Below are positions 59,636 through 64,000 of a DNA stretch of 64,000 nucleotides, piece after piece. A program made the position numbers and the translations under genes. The DNA is from Eledone cirrhosa (Eukaryota), in the NCBI GenBank assembly GCA_964016885.1, contig OZ024747.1:82212001-82276000 (forward strand), written 5' to 3'. The notes beneath the pieces were generated by a model, which was not told the DNA's origin, searched no databases, and worked only from the letters and a program-made list of their open reading frames with translations. Every line of letters starts with the position of its first letter. Position 1 is the first letter of the stretch.

Positions 59636-59870
59636 TATACACACGGGTTTTATTACTTCCTGCCACTAGACAATGGCCATTCTGGCGCTCCATTTTGATG
59701 GGTTTGTGTCAGTCGCAGAACTAAAACTGGTGCTACGTTTTTTTTTTTCATTTCGAATTTATCTATCGAATGGTTTAAGGTTTACAGAGTTACAACCCTT
59801 TTACGGATTAAAAATATAGTAACCTATTTTGCAACAGCTGATACCAGTTTATTCATGCACAATCACATGC

Positions 59871-59939
<69 letters not shown>

Positions 59940-59942
59940 CAA

Positions 59943-60026
59943 GACGTATCACAGGACCTTGCGATTTTCAGAGTCAGGTTCGATCGTGCCTCGAGCTGGT
60001 CGCCAGAGAAACGATTGTAATATGTC
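59943..60026 (+). ncRNA. Degenerate hammerhead, homolog of 20604-20708
   Basis: GACGTAT-cacagga-...-GAAA-CGATTG-TA-ATATGTC; stem I is retained but the CUGA core is mutated. Confidence 0.55.
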
Positions 60027-60095
60027 CAATAAATTCTATTCGTCGCAACACTGATTGTCTTCTTTTCTGTGATATATATATATATATATATATAT

Positions 60096-60170
60096 GGTCT
60101 AGAAATAGCCGTTGAAACGGCCTAGCTCTGCCGTCGGGGTCCTGGCTCTTTTCATCACCCCTACTCCTAC
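60096..60170 (+). mobile_element. HHR family B 3' half
   Basis: AAATAGCCGTT-GAAA-CGGC ctagctct GCCG-TC-GGGG directly after (TA)n. Confidence 0.65.
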
Positions 60171-60377
60171 TCGGTCATGAATGACCATGATTTTGCACCT
60201 AGAAAGTTCCTCTACGAGGCAGAAGCATGGGAAAAGTATGTTTGTAAATAATGATACAATTCGCTTCAAGCTCTGAACGCCATGTATTTACTTCCAAATA
60301 CGATTTATTAGTCAGTGAAAGAGTATATGTAGAATAAGGAAAATGCGAAGTTCGGTGTAGACGTTAAATAATCCTTT

Positions 60378-60425
60378 ATTAACAAAGCTGTGATACATTG
60401 AAATACGTATCACAGCTTTGTTAAT
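60378..60425. repeat. 19-bp-arm hairpin containing GAAA-TACGTA-TC, abutting (TA)n
   Basis: ATTAACAAAGCTGTGATAC / GTATCACAGCTTTGTTAAT. Confidence 0.7.
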
Positions 60426-61241
60426 ATATATATATATATATATATATATACGTACGTACATACAACCGTTGAGCGGTAGGAATCTACTAATTCAATATAT
60501 ATATATATTCGAAACATCTGCTTAATAAGAAAAATGTTAGTTCTGTTAGAAATATCTCTCGAAATCTTACTTTTTTGGGAAATAAATCAAAATACATTAG
60601 GTGTATATTTCGTTAGGAATATGGTAACAATATCGTTAAAGAACAGATATTTAGTGTGTAAATTTTGGAAAGCTTTCTGGACGCTTACTCACTCTTCCAT
60701 TTTATGGCAGTTGCTTAGTTAAGTGAACGATCAGACAATTATTTGGGAAATAAATCTGATATTCGCTGTTGTAATGCTTTTCTCAAAGTTATTAGAGTGA
60801 AAATGGCAGAAATTCGCTTAAAACGGATAGGTAAATCAACTTCTAATTAGACATACTTGCAGCTTTATATTTGATTTACAGCATTCAATAAATTTCTTTT
60901 ATTCTTCTAATACGGTTTTCGCTCGTTGGACTATGGTCATACTGGAACAGAGCACTAAGGATTGTTTATTAGGATCAGTTATATCAACTGTCAGTGTGGT
61001 GTCAGGTAGTAATTTAATCGTTCTTGGAAGATACAAAATGCTACATTAATAGAGTAGGGCATGTCCGTTGAAATGTGCCGTGTTTCTGTATTTGCCGATA
61101 TAAACACATACATACATACATACATGATGATATGATGGCTGCCCCCTCGTTTTCGAGTATGGCCATTGCACGATATACCATTATTAATAATTATTAATTA
61201 ATTCTATCATGCAATGCCTGTGCGTGAAGATTATACATACA

Positions 61242-61441
61242 NNNNNNNNNNNNNNNNNNNNNNNNNNNNNNNNNNNNNNNNNNNNNNNNNNNNNNNNNNN
61301 NNNNNNNNNNNNNNNNNNNNNNNNNNNNNNNNNNNNNNNNNNNNNNNNNNNNNNNNNNNNNNNNNNNNNNNNNNNNNNNNNNNNNNNNNNNNNNNNNNNN
61401 NNNNNNNNNNNNNNNNNNNNNNNNNNNNNNNNNNNNNNNNN
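61242..61441. other. Assembly gap (200 N)
   Basis: Run of N. Confidence 1.
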
Positions 61442-61589
61442 ATCCGAACTAGATCGGATCTAGCTGTCGAAATGGCCGGAGCTCTGCCGTCGGGGTCATG
61501 ACTCTTTTCCTATTACTCACTCTACTACCCTAAGTATCGAGTACTATGGTGCGTTATGGTCCACCTGGTATCTTACCACACTTTCTTTG

Positions 61590-61592
<3 letters not shown>
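61442..61592 (+). mobile_element. HHR family B 3' half plus tail ending in (TA)n
   Basis: GCTGTC-GAAA-TGGC cggagctct GCCG-TC-GGGG followed by the family tail. Confidence 0.7.
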
Positions 61593-61684
<92 letters not shown>

Positions 61685-62027
61685 GGCTCAGTCACTGGAA
61701 CACGCCGATAGAAAGTCTGCAGAATTCAAATACCTCCAAGCACAATCTTGTCCTCCATCATTTCTAGGTCAATAAATAAAGTAACATTCCAGTGGTGGGG
61801 TCAATATATTTCCTTCTCCCTTTGCCATTTCCATCTTTTACTTACTCTCCTTTTCTCTCTAAAAGAAATAAGATGTGTTTAGACACGGCGAGTGATTAAC
61901 ATCGGTATGTCTAAACACAAGATATGCCATATGTCATAACGTCACTCATACGAATACCTCAAATGACCAAGGTCCATGGTTGAACACACAAACATATATA
62001 TATTACATATGTCATTACTACAACAGA

Positions 62028-62140
62028 GGTCCGACGAGCTTTGATTCCAGAGACGGGCCAGATCGAACCTTGAGCTGATCAATAACGAAACGCACGTCGC
62101 CAACCAATAAACGTAATAAAGGTTTAACTAATCGTCCTTG
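62028..62140 (+). mobile_element. HHR family D copy
   Basis: GGT-CCGACGA-G...-GAAA-CGCACG-TC-GCC then AATAAA; core is one substitution from CTGACGA. Confidence 0.65.
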
Positions 62141-62141
62141 T

Positions 62142-62320
62142 ATGGCAGTATCGGTGGAGGGTCGGACGCCATGCTTTCCGGCATAGTTACGTCCCTTTAC
62201 GGTCTGAGTTCAAATCCCGTCGAGGTTGACTTTGCCTTTCATCCTTACGGAGTAGATAAAATGAAGTACCAGTAATACACTGGGTAATTGCTGGCCTTGT
62301 GCCTAAAGTAGAAACAATTA
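62142..62320 (+). mobile_element. SINE family A
   Basis: Family match. Confidence 0.85.
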
Positions 62321-62321
62321 T

Positions 62322-62550
<229 letters not shown>

Positions 62551-62756
62551 ACCTGGAGTTGCGACCGATAGATAGTATTAGCAATTGGAAAGACCAATGG
62601 AAACATTGTTTCCTCGGTCCGATTTGACGAAAGTCGATCGATTGTCGATATATATATATATACAGGTACATGAGTTTCTGTGATAAATGCACTCCACATG
62701 CAATAAGTTAAAAAAAGTTATTTTTGTAGAGTTAATAGGTTTTCTAATTGACGTAC

Positions 62757-63178
62757 AATGCCAACAATTTGCCGGAAGAGAAAATCAAGGAAGTCGACCT
62801 CAGTACATTACTGGTACTTTATTTCATCACCCGTAAGACTGAAAGGTAATGCTAACTTCGGCGGGATTTGAACTAAGAATTTAAAGAGCCGTATCCACAT
62901 GCTACGAAGCAGGTTTTCTGAAGCTCTACCGATTCTGCCAATGCACTACGCTGATTTGAAAAATCTGTTAAATAGTATATGTTAATAATTGTTTCTATTT
63001 TAGGCACAAGGCCAGCAATTTGGGGAGAGGGGAAAGTCGATTAAATCGACTGGTGCTTTATTTTATCGACCCCGTAAGGATGAAAGGCAAAGTTAACCTC
63101 GGTGGGTTTTGAACTCAGACCGTAAATGGTAAAGAACCGTAACTCAATGCTGCAAAGCATGGTCTCAACGTTCTAACG
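62757..63178 (-). mobile_element. Two SINE family A copies
   Basis: 62757-62942 (diverged) and 62988-63178. Confidence 0.75.
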
Positions 63179-63924
63179 CTAATGTTAACTTGGAAATTCT
63201 TATAATTTTCTCGGCCCACCAGGGTAGTTTTGATAAGCTGGTAACCTCAGCGAAACTTGGTAATAAGCCACCAAATTACATGTCGTTAATACATACATAT
63301 CATTGCTGGGAAGCAACAGTAATATCACACACACACACACACACACGCTCACACACACACAATCACACACCCACACGCGCGCGCGCACATATACGCACAC
63401 ACACACATACACATACACACACACACAAACACACGCACATACACAAACACGCACACACACACGCACACACAAACAAAGCAACAGTAATATCACACACACG
63501 CACGCATACACACACAAAGGAACATATGATATTTAGATTCAACAAAACAAACAATTTTAAAAAAAAACAAATTATTTAAATGTATCTAAAACAAAACAAA
63601 CAAAAACAACAAAAAATACCATTAAGAACATAACAAAGACTCTCCTCTCCCTTACTATTCAATGTTTAGGATTTGTGGATTGCTTAAATGTGAGATTGTC
63701 AGATGATTGTGTTTGGTCATATTTCCTTTAAAATCGATGATTTAGTTACTGCTAACTGCGATATATATCATTTTTATTCGTGTAGATTCCAAGGAAGTAT
63801 TAGAAAGGAAGCTGGCTGCAATTAATGAATCTATTAGATTATTCAGAGATGCCGTTTTTTTTTATGTTTTCTAATGTGCATCTTAAACACATATCTGAAT
63901 CTGGAGATATAATTTTGCGGTAAG

Positions 63925-64000
<76 letters not shown>

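Overview
AT-rich, repeat-saturated animal DNA. The SINE families and (TA)n load suggest a cephalopod such as Octopus (inference). I find no credible host exon, and nearly all ORFs in the track are microsatellite read-through. Recognisable TEs: a nearly intact DD37D (maT) Tc1/mariner element (11316-12622), RTE-type LINE remnants, a CRE/R2-group restriction-like endonuclease fragment, about 20 tRNA-derived SINE copies and several MITEs. The main unexplained signal is a dense set of short non-coding elements carrying type I hammerhead ribozyme (HHR) motifs (CTGANGA-stem II-GAAA-self-complementary stem III-UH). Nearly all abut (TA)n tracts and many occur as fold-back palindromes. The centrepiece is a near-identical 466-bp tandem array (26402-29417) with one minimal HHR per unit, which inverts at an antisense mimic of its own ribozyme. 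Several other HHR families have unusually long stem II, and two unrelated ones fold back on the same core nucleotide. This looks like a (TA)n-targeting retrozyme / Penelope pseudo-LTR system. All structures were folded by eye; activity and novelty are untested.
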